A DNA stretch of 64,000 nt from Camelus dromedarius (Eukaryota): NCBI RefSeq assembly GCF_036321535.1, contig NC_087447.1, forward strand, positions 51,586,001 through 51,650,000, written 5' to 3'. The notes below the pieces were generated by a model. It worked only from the letters and a program-made list of their open reading frames with translations, ran no database searches and was not told the DNA's origin. Every line of letters starts with the position of its first letter. The stretch's first letter is position 1. Made by a program: the position numbers and the translations under genes. Positions 14,757 to 29,099 of the stretch are shown piece after piece.

Positions 14757-15289
14757 CTTTAATTCCATCCTTCCTCTCCAAATAAACCACCTTCTCCTTT
14801 TTCCATTCCCTTTCCTGTACTTCAGTATCCCAACAGCACTGTCTGCATCATCATACACAACCCCCTAAGTATCTCTGCCACAGCTGTTCCACAAACCCAA
14901 GACTTTCGCTACTCCTCACAAAAGAGCACTGGCAAAGAAGACCACACTCTCTAGGGGACTAGTGACTCGTGATCTCAAACCTCATTAGCCCTATTTGGAA
15001 ATCTTTTATGCCCTTGCTTTCCACTTCCATTTCCCAAGGCAGCTTTCTTAACCTTCTCCCCTGGACCTCTGCTTACCTGAGAAAAATCAAGGTTCTCAGG
15101 CACAAATTATTCTCAATTATTCCATACTAGTTACAAATGCTTTTCTTCCTGTATTCTCCTGCACCTTGTTTTCTCAATAACTGAGGAAGAAGTGTCCTTT
15201 CTAGTTCTTAGTCCTTTTACTCTTGCTATGGATACCATCATTTCCTCACAAAGCCATCCCTTACCATCCTCCAAAATAGATCCTCTTTG

Positions 15290-16110
15290 TGATTCTCTAT
15301 TACAGCATCCTATTTATTTACCTCACGGTAATATTCATATACTATAATTACTGTGTTTGTTTATTTGCTAATTGCCTATCTTACCCATGAAAATGCAAAG
15401 GGCATGGATCCTATCTAACATGCTCAGCATTGCAGCCAGCACTAGGTGCCCAGTAATATTTGTTGGATAAATCCGATTTTCTGCCTCAAGGAACTTCCTC
15501 CACCATTTATTTCCCTTTTTCTCTTCTATCATCAGCTTCTCCCAAAACACTAGCTCTCTCTTCAACACATAAACATGCTTAGCAACTATCTTTAAAATAC
15601 AAAAACAAACCCTTAATCCTATGGCCCATTCTGCCATCTTTCAACCTGCTTTCCTATCAAAGTCAAGTTTAAACTTGGATAAATTACACTGCCTCACCTC
15701 AATGGTGGGACTGAAATTGCTCTCTTCAGACTCACTAGTGACCACTTTATTACTAACTCCAGATTTCAGCCCTACCCTAAATGACCTTTCACCAGCATTG
15801 GACACTGCTGACCATGAGACTATCTTCCTGTCTTTTTTAGAATGTATTTTTCCTCTGCCTCCATCAAGCTGCTCCTTAGTTCCATTCTAAGGTTCCTTTC
15901 TTAAATGAAGGACCTTATCCATGGCTCCATCCTTCATCTCTCCCAAGATATGGATGGCTCCAAATATCCATCTCCAGCTCTGATCTTTCCTGAGCTCCAG
16001 ACCTGGAATTCTCCTCATGAGTATCCCATCAACCCTTCAAACTCAACAAAATCAGAACTGAACTCATTATAGTACCTAATTCTACCTCACATCTCAAATC
16101 CTCCACCATC
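15290..16110. mobile_element. L2 fragments
   Basis: Typical L2 3'-region text (ctccagctctgatctttcctgagctccagac, ttcaaactcaac); boundaries approximate. Confidence 0.6.
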
Positions 16111-16479
16111 ATTTCATCTTCACTCCCTTCAGGCCCACAGCACTGCTAGCCTAATCAACTGAGTAGCATAGTCTTATGCCACTAAACATCTGAATTACCA
16201 GACTAACTCTTCTTCTTCTGAGTCTTCACAAGTTTCCTTTAATTATTTGACTTCCCACAGAGTTATCCTATAGGTCACACCAACAGAACCATTCTGAACT
16301 CATTCTACTTCATTTTGTAAAAGAATATACTTGTTTTACACATCAGTCACAGAGGCTTGGCTAATTATCATCTTCCTCTAAAAGATAAAACCACTCTTGG
16401 TAGGCTAACAAAATCTGGTCTCTGTGCATGGATTTAGGTTGTTTGTCTCTAGATTCATCCAATTATTGTACATGAATAA

Positions 16480-16820
16480 CTGAAGGCCTTTTGGTTAGGC
16501 ACTCAATCAGCTTCTCCTAACGATACTATAACTACATTGTGCCTTTCTTTACCAATGCTACAACAATCATGAGATATCTTTTCATATGATTCCGTGATCT
16601 TGGTCTTCAGAAACACTCCAATTTCTCAAGTGAGGTGCCCCGAATTGACTTCAGGTTGAAAGTCAATTCAATCAACCAGAGATCAGGAAGAGTTCCTTAT
16701 TCTGAACACTACACTTCTCTTTGTGTATTCTGGTATTCATACTGAGCTACCTAAATCCTCCTAAACATCCTTCTCGCATGCACTAGTGCTATTCATTACA
16801 TATCCCCCATTCTCTTCTTA
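16480..16820 (-). mobile_element. Ancient CR1/L3 fragment
   Basis: Minus strand resembles the L3 RT 3' region (agaagtgtagtgttcagaataagg...ggggcacctcacttgagaaattggagtgt). Confidence 0.45.
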
Positions 16821-16978
16821 GAATGTATGTTTTGGATACAACTTCACATTCATCACAATTAATGTTGCCACTGTTAGCCAGTTGAAGCTCTATGTTTTCA
16901 ATTTCTGACAACCAGTGTGCCACTCTCCTAGTTTCATGATCCCTCCCTCCTCCTCCAGACAGCAGTCATTTAAGGTAC

Positions 16979-17029
16979 CTGATTATAAATTGTTTGGTGT
17001 AATTTCAGTCCTCTTTCATGGAGCTGCAA
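16979..17029 (-). CDS. INTS4: INTS4 exon 6 (LQLHERGLKLHQTIYNQ)
   Basis: Acceptor atctag|, donor CAG|GTACCT, 51 nt. Confidence 0.94.
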
Positions 17030-17656
17030 CTAGATAATAAAGATAGAGTTAAACTTTTGGGGAAAAAAAAATCATTGTTTCCAATGTCTCCCCACAATCT
17101 CACATATTTTTCTCTATCATATCACGTTAACATGGTTCCCTTTAGCCAAAATCAGTGCTATATAAGTAAGAAACCAGGTCAAAGACTTTTCAGTAGAAGC
17201 ACTCAAACACTTACTAAATCTCCCCAGGGGATATCAGAAAAAATATGAAATAACTATAAAGAGGCTGAGGAAGAAATGATTAATACCATCCCCCCTAAAG
17301 AGGACTCCTCCCCATATAACTTTCCTCTATTATTTTGAAAATGGAAAGTATAACTTGTAACTACTAAACTATAATACCAAGTGACATCCCTCCCATGGAC
17401 CTGGGATACAAGTTGTACCTTCCATGTTTCAGAAATGCAGGTAAAAGCTACCAGAGAAACCCAAAGATAAGCACCTGTTATAAAGGAATATGTGCCTTTG
17501 AGTTCTGTCATGCCACCAACACCTTCCTGAAAGTGTATCCTTCGTGGACTCAGAATGTATCCAAGGTGGCATTAACCATGAACTTAAAAAAATAAATGAA
17601 AAAAGAAACAAACAAACAAAAAAACCTCTCCATTTAGTTTCCAAGATCATATTTAC

Positions 17657-17842
17657 CATTGCTTTAATAGCTGCTGTTCTGACACGTGGGTCTTGGTCAC
17701 TGAAGTAATCCCCTATAATCTTCTGGACATCTCTGACGGCTAGGCCTTCTGTATCTTTTGCGGCACTTTTCTCCAAAGAACCAAGATTACCAAGTAATTG
17801 CAGGCACTTGTTTCTTACACCATGTGAGGTATCTGTCAGGTG
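17657..17842 (-). CDS. INTS4: INTS4 exon 5 (HLTDTSHGVRNKC...RTAAIKAM)
   Basis: Acceptor ttcatag|, donor ATG|GTAAAT, 186 nt; HEAT-repeat-like DPRVRTAA motif. Confidence 0.96.
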
Positions 17843-18321
17843 CTATGAAAAGAAAAGACAGAACAAAAGGACATGATTTAAGACATCTTAAAAATAAACA
17901 AAAAATCAGAAACAAAAGCACTGTATCAACTTTAGGAATGACTTCAAACACTACATTCTCACCAGTCTGTCTGCCTGATCTCATGTTTTTTGAGTATGAG
18001 TCTTTCCAAAAAAATCATGAGTCTTAGAAAATAAGACTCCCATTTGCTCATCATTATGTTCCCAACAGCTAGCATTTGGCCTTGTAGAGTGTAGGTACTT
18101 TAAAAATGGCCACTTAAATTGCATTTGCTATCAAATCTAAAAACAGAACAAAAATTTATAAATTTTAGAACTTTTAATATTCCTACAGAAATATACAAAA
18201 ATCTTAATGCACAGGTCAATGAATTTTCACAAAATAAACATATATAACAAGCACCCAGATACAGAAATAAAACATGACCAGCATTTGTACCCCTTACCAG
18301 TAACTACTCTGCCACCATCAC

Positions 18322-19409
18322 CAAAGCAATCTTGAGAAAAAAGAACAAAGCTGGAGTTCTCATGCTCCCTGCCTTCAGACTATGACAAAGCTACTGTAAT
18401 CAAAATAGTATGTTAATGGCACAAAAACAGACACACAGATCAATGGAACACAGCAGAGGGCCAAGAAATGAACCCACACACTTATGGTCAATTAATTTAC
18501 AACCAAGGAGGAAAGAATATACAATGGGGAAAAGACAGTCTTGTCAGTAAGTGGTGCTGGGAAAACTGAACAGTTATATGGAGAAGAATGAAATTAGAAC
18601 ATTTTCTCACACCATATACAATAGTAAACTTAAAATGGATTAAAGACCTAAAACCACAAAACTCCCAGAAGAAAACATTGGCAGAATACTCTTTGACGTA
18701 AATTGTAGCAATATTTTTTTGGATCTCTCTCCTAAGGCAAAGGAAACAAAAGCAAAAATAAACAAATGGGACATAATTGAACTTAAAAGTTTTTGCACAG
18801 CAAAGGAAACCACCAACAAAATGAAAAGACAACGTACTAAATGGGAGACAACATTTGAAAACGATACGATCAATAATGGGTTAATATCCCAAATATATAA
18901 ACAGCTCATATACCTCAATATCAAAAACACAAACAACCTGATTACAAAATGGGCAGAAGACCTGAATAGATATTTTTCCAAAGAAGACATACAGATGGTC
19001 AAAGGCACAGGAAAAGAGGCTCAACATTGCCAATCATCAGAGAAATGCAAATCAAAACCACGATGAGATATTAGTCACACCTGTCAGAATGGCTAACATC
19101 AAAAAGAACACAAACAACAAATGCTGGCAAGGATGTGGAGAAAGGGGCATCCTTGTACACTATTGGTGGGAATGAATTGGTGCAGCCACTATGCAAAACA
19201 GTATGAAGGGTCCTCAAAAAATTAAACATAGAACTACCATACAATCCAGCAATTCCATTCCTCAGTATATATTCGAAGAAAACAAAAACACTAATTGGAA
19301 AAGATATATGCACCCCAATGTTCACAGCAGCATTATTGACAAAAGCCAAAATATGGAAGCAACCCAAATGTTCATCAACAGATAAACGGATAAAGAAGAT
19401 GTGGTATCA

Positions 19410-19467
<58 letters not shown>

Positions 19468-19894
19468 GAATATCACTCAGCCATAAAAAAGAATGAAATT
19501 TTGCTATCTGCAACAACATGGATAGACTTGGAGGGTATCAGGCTCAGTGAAATAAGTCACACAGAGAAAGACTGGGTGTTGTCATTTATATGTGGAATCT
19601 AAAAAAATAAAACAAACAAATAAAAAACAGATTTCATAGATTTAGAGAGCAAATTAGTGATTACTGGTGCAAAGAGGAAAGGGAGGAGGGATAAGATAGG
19701 AGTAGGGGGTTAAGAGGCACAAACTACTGCATATAAAATAAATAAGCTACAAGGATATATTATACAGCACAGTGATTATAGCAAATATTTCATAACAATT
19801 TTAAATGGAGTAAAATCTATAAAAATATTAAATCATTATATATCTGAAATTAATACAGTATTGTAAATCAACTATACTTCAACAACAACAAAAA
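18322..19894 (+). mobile_element. 5'-truncated L1 (ORF2 C-terminal remnant plus 3'UTR) nested in an older antisense L1M
   Basis: ORF2-like peptides ([54 protein letters not shown]) with frameshifts; ends aatcaactatacttcaacaacaacaaaaaa. Confidence 0.93.
19412..19464 (+). repeat. (AC)26 microsatellite
   Basis: Uninterrupted AC run inside the L1. Confidence 0.97.
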
Positions 19895-22800
19895 ATAGCC
19901 ACTGGCTTAACTTCTAACACATAGATTTATTTTGCCTATTTTTGTACTTTATAAAATCAAACAGTGCCTGACTTCCTTTGCTTAATATTATGCTTACAAA
20001 AATCATCCACAGTATGGCAATATAGCAATGGTTTATTCATTCTCACTACTGCATAGTATTCCATTTGTGAACACACGTGATCCATATACCCTTTCTACTG
20101 CTGATAGACTTTCTGGTTATTTCCATTTTCTGGTTACTCTGAATTATGCTACTGTGATTATTCTTGAATGGGGCTTTTTGTGTACATGCTCACATTTCTG
20201 TTGAATATACAGTTAGAAGTAAAATTGCTGGGCCAGAGGATATGTATATGTTCAGCTTAAGAAGACACAGCTAAATAGTTTTCCAAAGTGGTTGTACTAA
20301 TTTAACTAATTTACACTTCCACCATGATACGTGTTTCAGATTTGCTACATCCTTGTCAGCACTTAGTACTGTCAATCTTTTTCGTTTGAGCACTTGTCAT
20401 CATCATTTTAAACGAATTTTAGTTATCTCCCTCTCAAACCTAGTGCACTGCTACTGAAATAAGCTATTTACCTAATCCAGTAACAGGAACTGAAAATACT
20501 TCAAAGAAATGACTAGTTTCAGGATTGAGCAAGAAATATTAAGAAGAACCTGGGACACCCTGCGCCAAAAAGTAACAAAATGTCAAAGACTAATTGAGTC
20601 CAGATCAAAAGGACACAGAAACCAATCCACAGGAATTTCCACTGTCAACATTTACATGACACCAAAAAGAAGCAATCAAACAAATCCAGAATGTAGGCCA
20701 TTCTACAGGACCAACAATCTGGTTTCTTTAATAACTCTACAGCATTTAAAGAAAAAACAAAAAGGGGCACTGTTACTGATTAAAGGAAATTAAAGAAACT
20801 ATCCAAATGTAAAATACGGGTCTTCTGAGATACTAATCCAAAACAAACCAACAACATAAAGATATTTAATGCAATTAAGAAAAATTTAATATGAACTGGT
20901 ATGAGATGATACAGAGTAAACTGTTAATAATTGCATCATGGCTATATTAAAAAATATCAGTTATTAACAGTTAGAGATATATACTGAAGCATTTATGATT
21001 TAACATGTCAAGGATTTACTCTAAAATATTACAACAGACTATAACAAAAAGCGAGAGGAAAAAACAAATGAAAAAGATTGCAAAGCATAATTGTCAAATT
21101 TACACTCAAAACTGGAAAGAATAGTAAATTTGAAAATTTCCATAATATAAAGTATATATAGATTTTTAAGAAGACCTAGCTTCAAATTTCAGTTCTGAAT
21201 CTATGTATATAATGTTGATCAAGTCACTGAACCTCTCAGAGCATCAGTTTCCTCATCTATAAATAAGAAACAGTAATACCAGCCTTAACCTAACTTACAG
21301 GTTTATCACGAGGCTCAAATAGTAATACAAATGTAAAAACATTTTTATATATTATAAAGCATAATATGACTACTTACTATTGTTACTATAATCTAAAATA
21401 ATAAGGAAGGTATATGGTCACATATAAAGTATACACATGGTTTCATCAGGCGATAACTACATGTGTAATTGTCAATACAAAACAGTACCTTTAGATATTC
21501 CCTTCAAGTACACATTTTCCACGATTTTCTACCTATAAATGAAATCCCTTATTTGAAATCACATGAGTCTCTTTCTTGCTCACACTAACATTAGGACATA
21601 CAGTCGTTAGAAGTACCCTCAGTAATCACCCATCTCTCTCCTCCTGCCTTAATTCACAAATTCCCTATTTTACAGGATAACGATTAAGTGCTGTTGTCTA
21701 ATAACACAAAGATAACTTAGTGGAAGAGCTGATACTAGAATCCAAGTCTCCTGACACTCACTCAATCTAGAACTCTTTACCCACCTAGCTTCATAAATAA
21801 TGTCATGGTTTTGAAAACTCTGCTTACTATGTTCAGAGTTGGGCATTTGAACCTTAAATACTTACAAAGCTCTAAAATACCTGTTTTCTTTACATGTATT
21901 TATACTGCTACTCCCAAGCACCACTATTTTTTAAGCCATGAAGAATTAAGGTTTCTAATTACTGCCTGATAAACACAGTTATACTAAATTAATAATCAAT
22001 TCTTGATTAGCTAACTAGGTTGCCAACAAAGCACCTTGTGTAAGTCATACACACAAACACACATGTGAAATTGAACAAATAGAAAGATATATCAAATAAG
22101 TAAGTATATTAAGGATAATATTTCTAAGAAGGAAGTTATGAATAACAAAAAAATTAGAATAAACACTGTAGTGATGCATTTGAATTACAAGAAGAGATGA
22201 TAACATGATTTTTATTACATATAGATGAAAAAATACAGATATAAATGTGTGTATATAATAGATACAGATATTATATTAGAGGATATATATACACACACAC
22301 ATACACATACACACACCATATTTAGCCTACAGAAACGTGAATCATATACCTTTAAGTGCTCACAATGCCTATGGGCTCAAAATTATTCATCAAAAAACAC
22401 ACTGAAACTGAGAAGTTAAGAGAAACTTCCAGATCTAAAGCTGACAACGACTCTGCTTACTGCAGTTAATATAGCAGGTTTTTTTTTTAATGAACTGTTT
22501 TTAGTATGGAAGCATCATTTGTCATAACTAAACTGTTAACTGAACCATCAGCCCCTGGAAGGTTGCTACGACTGTTACAAACACTTTATTTGATTTTCAA
22601 ACAACAAACTAAAATCTTCTAGTTTCTATTAAGGTAACCAAGGCAACACTGATGCATAACCAGCCTATTACTGCACACTGAATGTTAGCCAAAAGAGATC
22701 TTTAGTCTAAATCACACCCTCCGGGCAGCAATTACAGTTTTATGATGTCCTCCTGCTACAGGTCACTACTTACATCACGACCATCACTACTATCACTACT

Positions 22801-23559
22801 GGTGTCTGCTCTGTAGATGATGCTATTTTGGCATTATACCCAGACCATTAAGGTGCCATCATCTCTATATTAATGCAGTGAGTAGGCAAACCACATCCCC
22901 AGTAACAAAAGCAAGCTATGTCAAAAATAAGCTAAAGCAACCAGTTTAAAACTATTGCTATAGAAAAAAAAAAATCAATGATTAAGTATATCCAAAAAAT
23001 CTGAGAATAAATAAGACAAAAATAACTTATTGACTCATCAGCTTCAATATGGATTGTTTTTAAGCACAGATAAAAATTCAGTGTACTTAGCATGGAAATA
23101 ACCTCTTAACAAACAACATATAATATCTGTTTGGGTAATATTTGATAAATGTTAGAATGCTGTATGTTTCTATCTGTTGCATTAAGAACCTCATGTACTT
23201 CTGCCACAGAATTAAAGGAAAAGAAAAGAAACAGAGACTGGAAGAGAAGGTGAGATGGGGACAGAAATAAAGAATTAAACTAGGCTCTAAGGGAGCCATA
23301 CAAACAAAAAGGACGAAATATTTATTTTCCTAGAAAAATCTTTACAAGTAGGAAAGAAAGCAGAAGATCTCAAAATTCAGTTGTACGGATTCTACACAAG
23401 AAAATTCTACTGATTTCCTAGCCAAATCTGTGAACTAAATCTCTTCATCTCTCAAATAAGGATTAACTGCACAATGTACCTCAAAAGATTATTGACAGGA
23501 TAAAATGAGATGAATTTTGAATACCTGAAAGCATGACTTTCTAATGTGAAACAAAAAAT

Positions 23560-24545
23560 ATGAAAGATTCACATCCTGAATTTAAAAAGTATATAAAGGA
23601 ACAAAAAAGGATAAGAGTAGATTATAATATTTTGAACAAAATAAGACAGGTAGGAAAGGAAGGAGGGAGGGTAAGAGGGGGATTTCTTTACAACCGAATG
23701 CCAACTAATAAACATAGAAGGAACAACAGAGTTAGGATATTACCATTTTGCAATGATCAGATTAATAACTGACTCAGCAATATTTATTAATATTTGCTAA
23801 AATAGTAAAAGTTTGGTGGGGAAGAGGACATATACATAATCTCAAAGTAGGTTCCCACAAATTACTTATTAATCACAAGGGGAAACAGCAAATCTACAAT
23901 GAAAAATCTGGCAGATACCACCTTAACCAAGTATCAAAGTTAACATCAATAATGAGTCAAATCTCATCTGTGCCTCACGATACAATGCACTGAGAAGGAC
24001 ACAGCATTATTTATGTGGTTTTCCCACCAAAATCCATAACCTGAATTTAAACAGAGGAAGTATCAGATAAATCCAGACTGAAAGACATTTTATAAAGTAA
24101 ATAGCCTATCTCTTCAAGTCAAAGTCATGAAAGACCATGCAAGACAGGCTGAGGGATCTGCTTAAAGAAGGCAAGAGACGTGAAAACTAAATACAATATG
24201 TGATCCCAAGCCAGAAAAGAAAAATTTACAGAAAAGATAATATTCAAGTTCTAGAACTTGAATAAAGTCTACAGATTAGTATTAGTATTATATCAAAGTT
24301 AACTTTTCTGATTTTGAGAACTGGGCTTATAAAAATAAGATCCTCCTTCTTAAGGAATACACACTTAAGTATTTAATGGAAAAGGGGCATAACATCAACA
24401 ATTTACTCTTAAATGGGTCAGAAAAAATATGTATACATAGAGCAATAAAGCAAATGTGGGAAAATGTTAACTATTGGTGAGAAAGAAGTGTATATGGAAA
24501 TTTTTTATACTATTTTTATATTTTTTGGTAAGTTTGAAATTGCAA
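23560..24545 (+). mobile_element. Old L1MC-type 3' region
   Basis: ggcagataccaccttaaccaagt...tatcaaagttaacttttctgattttga; boundaries approximate. Confidence 0.7.
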
Positions 24546-24959
24546 AGGTGTTTGGATTTTGTCCCACACCCAACCAAATACGTTCCCAGAATTCTCTTTC
24601 TGAGTGAAAGGCACCATCATCTAATCTGGCACATAAGCTAGATACCTAGGAAGTATCCTCAACAATTTGTTCATCCTTATCCATGTTCAACCAATCACTA
24701 AGTCCTATCAATCTTGCTTCCTAAATATTTCCAAATCTATCCATATTGTTCCATTCTTCCATCATTTTAATCCAAAATACTACAATCTCTCATGTAGGCT
24801 ACTACAATAACATCCTAACTAGCCTCTTCTCCAATCTGTTCTCTAGAACATCAGAATAATCTTTATGAAATGCAAATCTGATGTCACCTCTCTGTCATCT
24901 ACCCAAAACACTTCAATGGCTTCTCAACAAGCCCTACAAGACCCTGCAACTAGCTTAAT

Positions 24960-25304
24960 GATTGTTAAACAGTCTTTGATCTCAGGCTCTCCTTACATTT
25001 TTAAAAACTATTAAGGACCAACCCACTCCAAAGAGCTTTTGTTTATGTGGGTTATGTCTATAGATATTAAATGTATAAGAAATTAAGACAGACATTTAAA
25101 AATATTTCTTTATTAATTCCTTTACAATAATTACTTATATCTACTTCTATAACCTGTAACAAAACAATATGTTATTTTGTCAGCAATATATGAAGAAAAT
25201 CTAGTCTCTTAGAGAGATATACTTTAAAAGGGAGGACCACACAAACCCCCTCAAAGAGTCCCTAAGAACCTAGGGGTCCTCAGACTACACTTTGAGAACC
25301 ACAG
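24960..25304. mobile_element. hAT-Charlie-derived element interrupting an L2
   Basis: Ends cacactttgagaaccacag-like (ctacactttgagaaccacag); L2-like sequence on both sides. Confidence 0.6.
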
Positions 25305-25723
25305 CTCTAGCCTTACTGACATCTTTAAATTCTTCTAACAGTGTGCTCCTTTCTAACCTCGGATCTTTGCATATGCTGTTCCCTTTGCCTAGAATACCTT
25401 TCCCAGCCACTAGATCCATTCCCCTTGCTTAGTTAACTCTTACCATACTTTAAGATCTTAAAGTCTCAGCTTAATTATCAGTTCGTTTAGAAAACCTTCT
25501 CTGAATTCCCTAATTAGGCTAAGCCCCACCCTCCCATACACACATTATATTCCTCTTTTGGAGCAATTAAAACAATTTTCATTAAGAAACCTTGCCCAAA
25601 AAAAGAAAAGAGAAAGAAAAACAGAAAATTTAAAAATTTTTAAAGTTAAAAAATATATTTAAAAATTGAAAAAAAAAAGGAAACCCTGCCCTAACAATCT
25701 CTAATTATCTATAAATGTAAGAT

Positions 25724-26830
25724 CAGATACTCTAAAACTCCTAGAGGAAAACATAAGCAGAACACTCTATGACATAAATCACAGCAATGTATTTTTGGAT
25801 CTGTCCCCTAGAGTAATGGAAATAAAAGCAAAAATAAACAAATGAGACCTAATTAAACTTAAAATCTTTTGCACAGCAAAGGAAATCATAAATAAAATGA
25901 AAAGATGACTATGGAATGGGAGAAAATATTTGCAAATCATGCTACTGACAAGGGATTAATTTCCAAAATACACAAACAGCTCATTGAGCTTACTATCAAA
26001 AAAAAATAAAAATAAAAAAATGGGCAGAGACCTAAATAGACATTTCTCCAAAGAAGACATACAGATGGCCACTAAGCACATTTTGAAAAGATGCTCAACA
26101 TCACTAATTATTAGAGAAATGCAAATCAAAACTACAATGAAGTATCACCTTACATCAGTCAGAATACCCATTATTAAAAAGTCTACAAATTATAAATGCT
26201 GGAGAGGGTGTGGAAAAGGAACTCTCCTACACTGTTAGTGGGAATGTAACTTGGTGCAGCCACTACGGAAAACAGTATGAACGTTCCTCAAAAAATAAAA
26301 AACAGAACTATCATACAATCCAGCAATCCCACTCCTGGGCATATATCCAGAGAAAACTCTAATTTGGGGATGACACATGCACCCCAATGTTCACAGCAGC
26401 ACTATTTACAATAGCCAGGACATGAAAGCAACCTAAATGTCCACCGACAGATGAATTGGATAAAAATGATGTGGTATGTGTGTGTGTTTATATATACTGG
26501 AATATTACTCAGCCATAAAAAAGAATGAAATAATGCCATTTGTGGCAACATGGATGGACCTACATGTTATCATATTAAGTGAAATAAGTCAGAGAAAAAC
26601 AAATATATGATATCACTTATATGTGGAATCTAAAAAAAAAGACACAAACTTACAAATGAGAAATACACTCACAGACATAGAAAACAAACATATGGTTACC
26701 ATATCATATGGGAAAAAGGTGGGGAAGGGATAAATTAAAAGTCTGGGTTTAACACACACACATAATTATATATAAAACAGATAAACAACAGGACCTACTG
26801 TATAGCACAGGGAATTATATTCAGTATCCA
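25724..26830 (+). mobile_element. L1 fragment (ORF2 end plus 3'UTR)
   Basis: [14 protein letters not shown]...[16 protein letters not shown] peptide; L1 3'UTR text. Confidence 0.92.
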
Positions 26831-28075
26831 TTAAAAATGTTTACAAAACATTTACAATATAAGGAAAATATTTTCATCATGTTAGTGAAAAAGCAAAACT
26901 GAACTTAGATTATGATTACAGCTATATGCATAAAAAGAAAAGAAAAAAATCAGAAAGCATACGTCAAAAGGCTAATAATAATGGTTGCATTTAGGTAGTG
27001 AATGAGTATAGTCCTTTCTTTATACTTTTTAGTATCTTTCCAAATTTCCATAAGAATAAATTTTTAAAAGAAAAGGTTTATTTAAAACAAATTTAAGAAA
27101 CTGTTACTTCAAGCAGAACAATATCCACTTAGTACAACACCTCTCTCACAAACACGACCTCACAGATACATATATTCTCTCACGTGGGAAATATACTTAC
27201 TCTCTCAAACACCTAATCCCTAGTTTTTTTCACTTAGGTTTTTAATACTGTCAAAGTATTTTGGGTTTGTTAGTTGTTGCCATTATTTATTAAGATAAAT
27301 GTAATACTCTTTCCTGGGGTTCAGAATAGCTTTCTAATTCCATGTATATAACTCTTCCATAACTCAAACATACATGTCTTCTTATACTCTCAAAATAAAT
27401 GTATCAAAAAGATTAAAAGTAAAACCAATCCTACAAGGTTTAGGAACTGGTATTATGCACAAAAGCCAGCTAATTAAAAGCACTAAATTAAATCAAAAGA
27501 CAACTAATGTACATGCATTTTCTTTCATAATCAGAAAAAATAAAAAAATTTCTCAAACACTTGTCTGTGTCTAGTTTCCCAAACACTTGTGTTTAGTTGA
27601 TCAGTTTACAGAGGCAACAAAGAATAATAAAAAGAATATGGGCTTTGAAATCAGAAAAAAACAGTTTATGCCATGGTCCTGCAACTTCCTAGCTGTGAAA
27701 ACTTGGGTAAATCTAATTCCTTCATCCTCAATTCAAGGACTAAAATGAACAAATTAAAAACTGGGTACAAAATACCATTAACAAGCAGAGTCTGTATATT
27801 AGGCACAGTATACATGGTAGCTTCTATAATTATTTTCACTTCCTTTGGGAGGATGAAGACGTTCATTTTATAACAAGTTACTCAACTTTATTCCTAACCC
27901 ACTATCAGGAAACGAAAAAATTAAGCAGCTCTTAAAACCATTAAGAGTCCCTGGCAATTCTCACTTATAGATTTAGGATGGAAGTAAGCAGATCTTACAG
28001 CTCATATCACCTATCCAGATAATGCAAAACTGTTCAAGAAAGAAGCAACCCTGTGTCTAACATTTATACTCTTAC

Positions 28076-28182
28076 CTTGCAGGCTACATCAACTAATCGC
28101 ATCTGGATAGCTTGATTCTCTGGGAGTTTAGTGCCAATTGCAAGCAAAGTGTCCAACAGCTGAGCTAGGACTTGATGAGACT
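28076..28182 (-). CDS. INTS4: INTS4 exon 4 (KSHQVLAQLLDTLL...LVDVACK)
   Basis: Not in the ORF track, read manually; acceptor tttctag|, donor AAG|GTAAGA, 107 nt, restores phase 0. Confidence 0.95.
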
Positions 28183-29099
28183 CTAGAAAGGAAGATGGAA
28201 AGTTGGGTTGTAGATTTTCAAAAAGAGATCACTATAGAAACTAAATGTACTTCAGTAAAAAAGTAGATTTTTGTCAGCTGGGTCCTATTTGATCCCTGAT
28301 TCCTCTCGACCAAAAGCTAATTTCCTAAAGGGATCATGTCTTAAAATTTGAGTGCTCCACAGGATGGGGCATAGTACTCCAAATATGTTTAGTGCCGGAC
28401 TAATTCAAAGGCTTTTCATTGCCTTCAAGACAAAGTCTAGATTCCTTAGCGGGGTGTATGTACATACATACGTACATATGTACATACCAGATCCTCCATG
28501 ATGTTTGGCCCTCCCTATTTTTCTGGCCTCATCTCTTTCAAGTCTCCTCTAGCACCCTTTTCCCCAACTACTTATGATTTCATACCCCTCTACTGTTGCT
28601 TAGGCCAACCTCCCTTCAGAGAATGCCTTTGCCTACACCCAACTCCATTCCACAGGGAGTACCTACTAACCCTGAAGTGTCATCTCTTATATGGTGTTTT
28701 TCCATTTTCCCCTAGAAGAACTGACCATTTCCTCCCTCATATTTCCACTGCCCCTCTACACCAGCTATAATGCTTGACTATATTTATTTTCATAGCAAAC
28801 TAAACTAGCAGACTGAAAGATCCTTGAAGGCAAGGACTGTGTTTTATTCATCTTAGTATTCTCAGAATCTAGCACAACTCATTATATGCTCACTAAATGC
28901 TTAATAAATGGGCACAGAGTCAATTTCAATACCAATCATTTTAGCCAGATTCTCTTCTTTGAATTCTCTTCGTTGTTCCAGAACATGGTTTGTTTTTTTT
29001 TTTTTTTTTTTTGAAGTACAGTTGACTCACAATGTTGTGTTAGCTTCAAAAGAATTCAGGTGGCATTCGGATAATCACTTTTATATTAATAACTGTGTA

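Noticed and set aside
16642..16669. Perfect 10-bp inverted repeat GAATTGACTT-N8-AAGTCAATTC
   Set aside because: Isolated, AT-rich and within a probable decayed CR1; plausible by chance in 64 kb
18497..19602. Cluster of 65-122 aa ORFs (similarly 57897-59896)
   Set aside because: Frameshifted L1 ORF2 remnants and their antisense shadows
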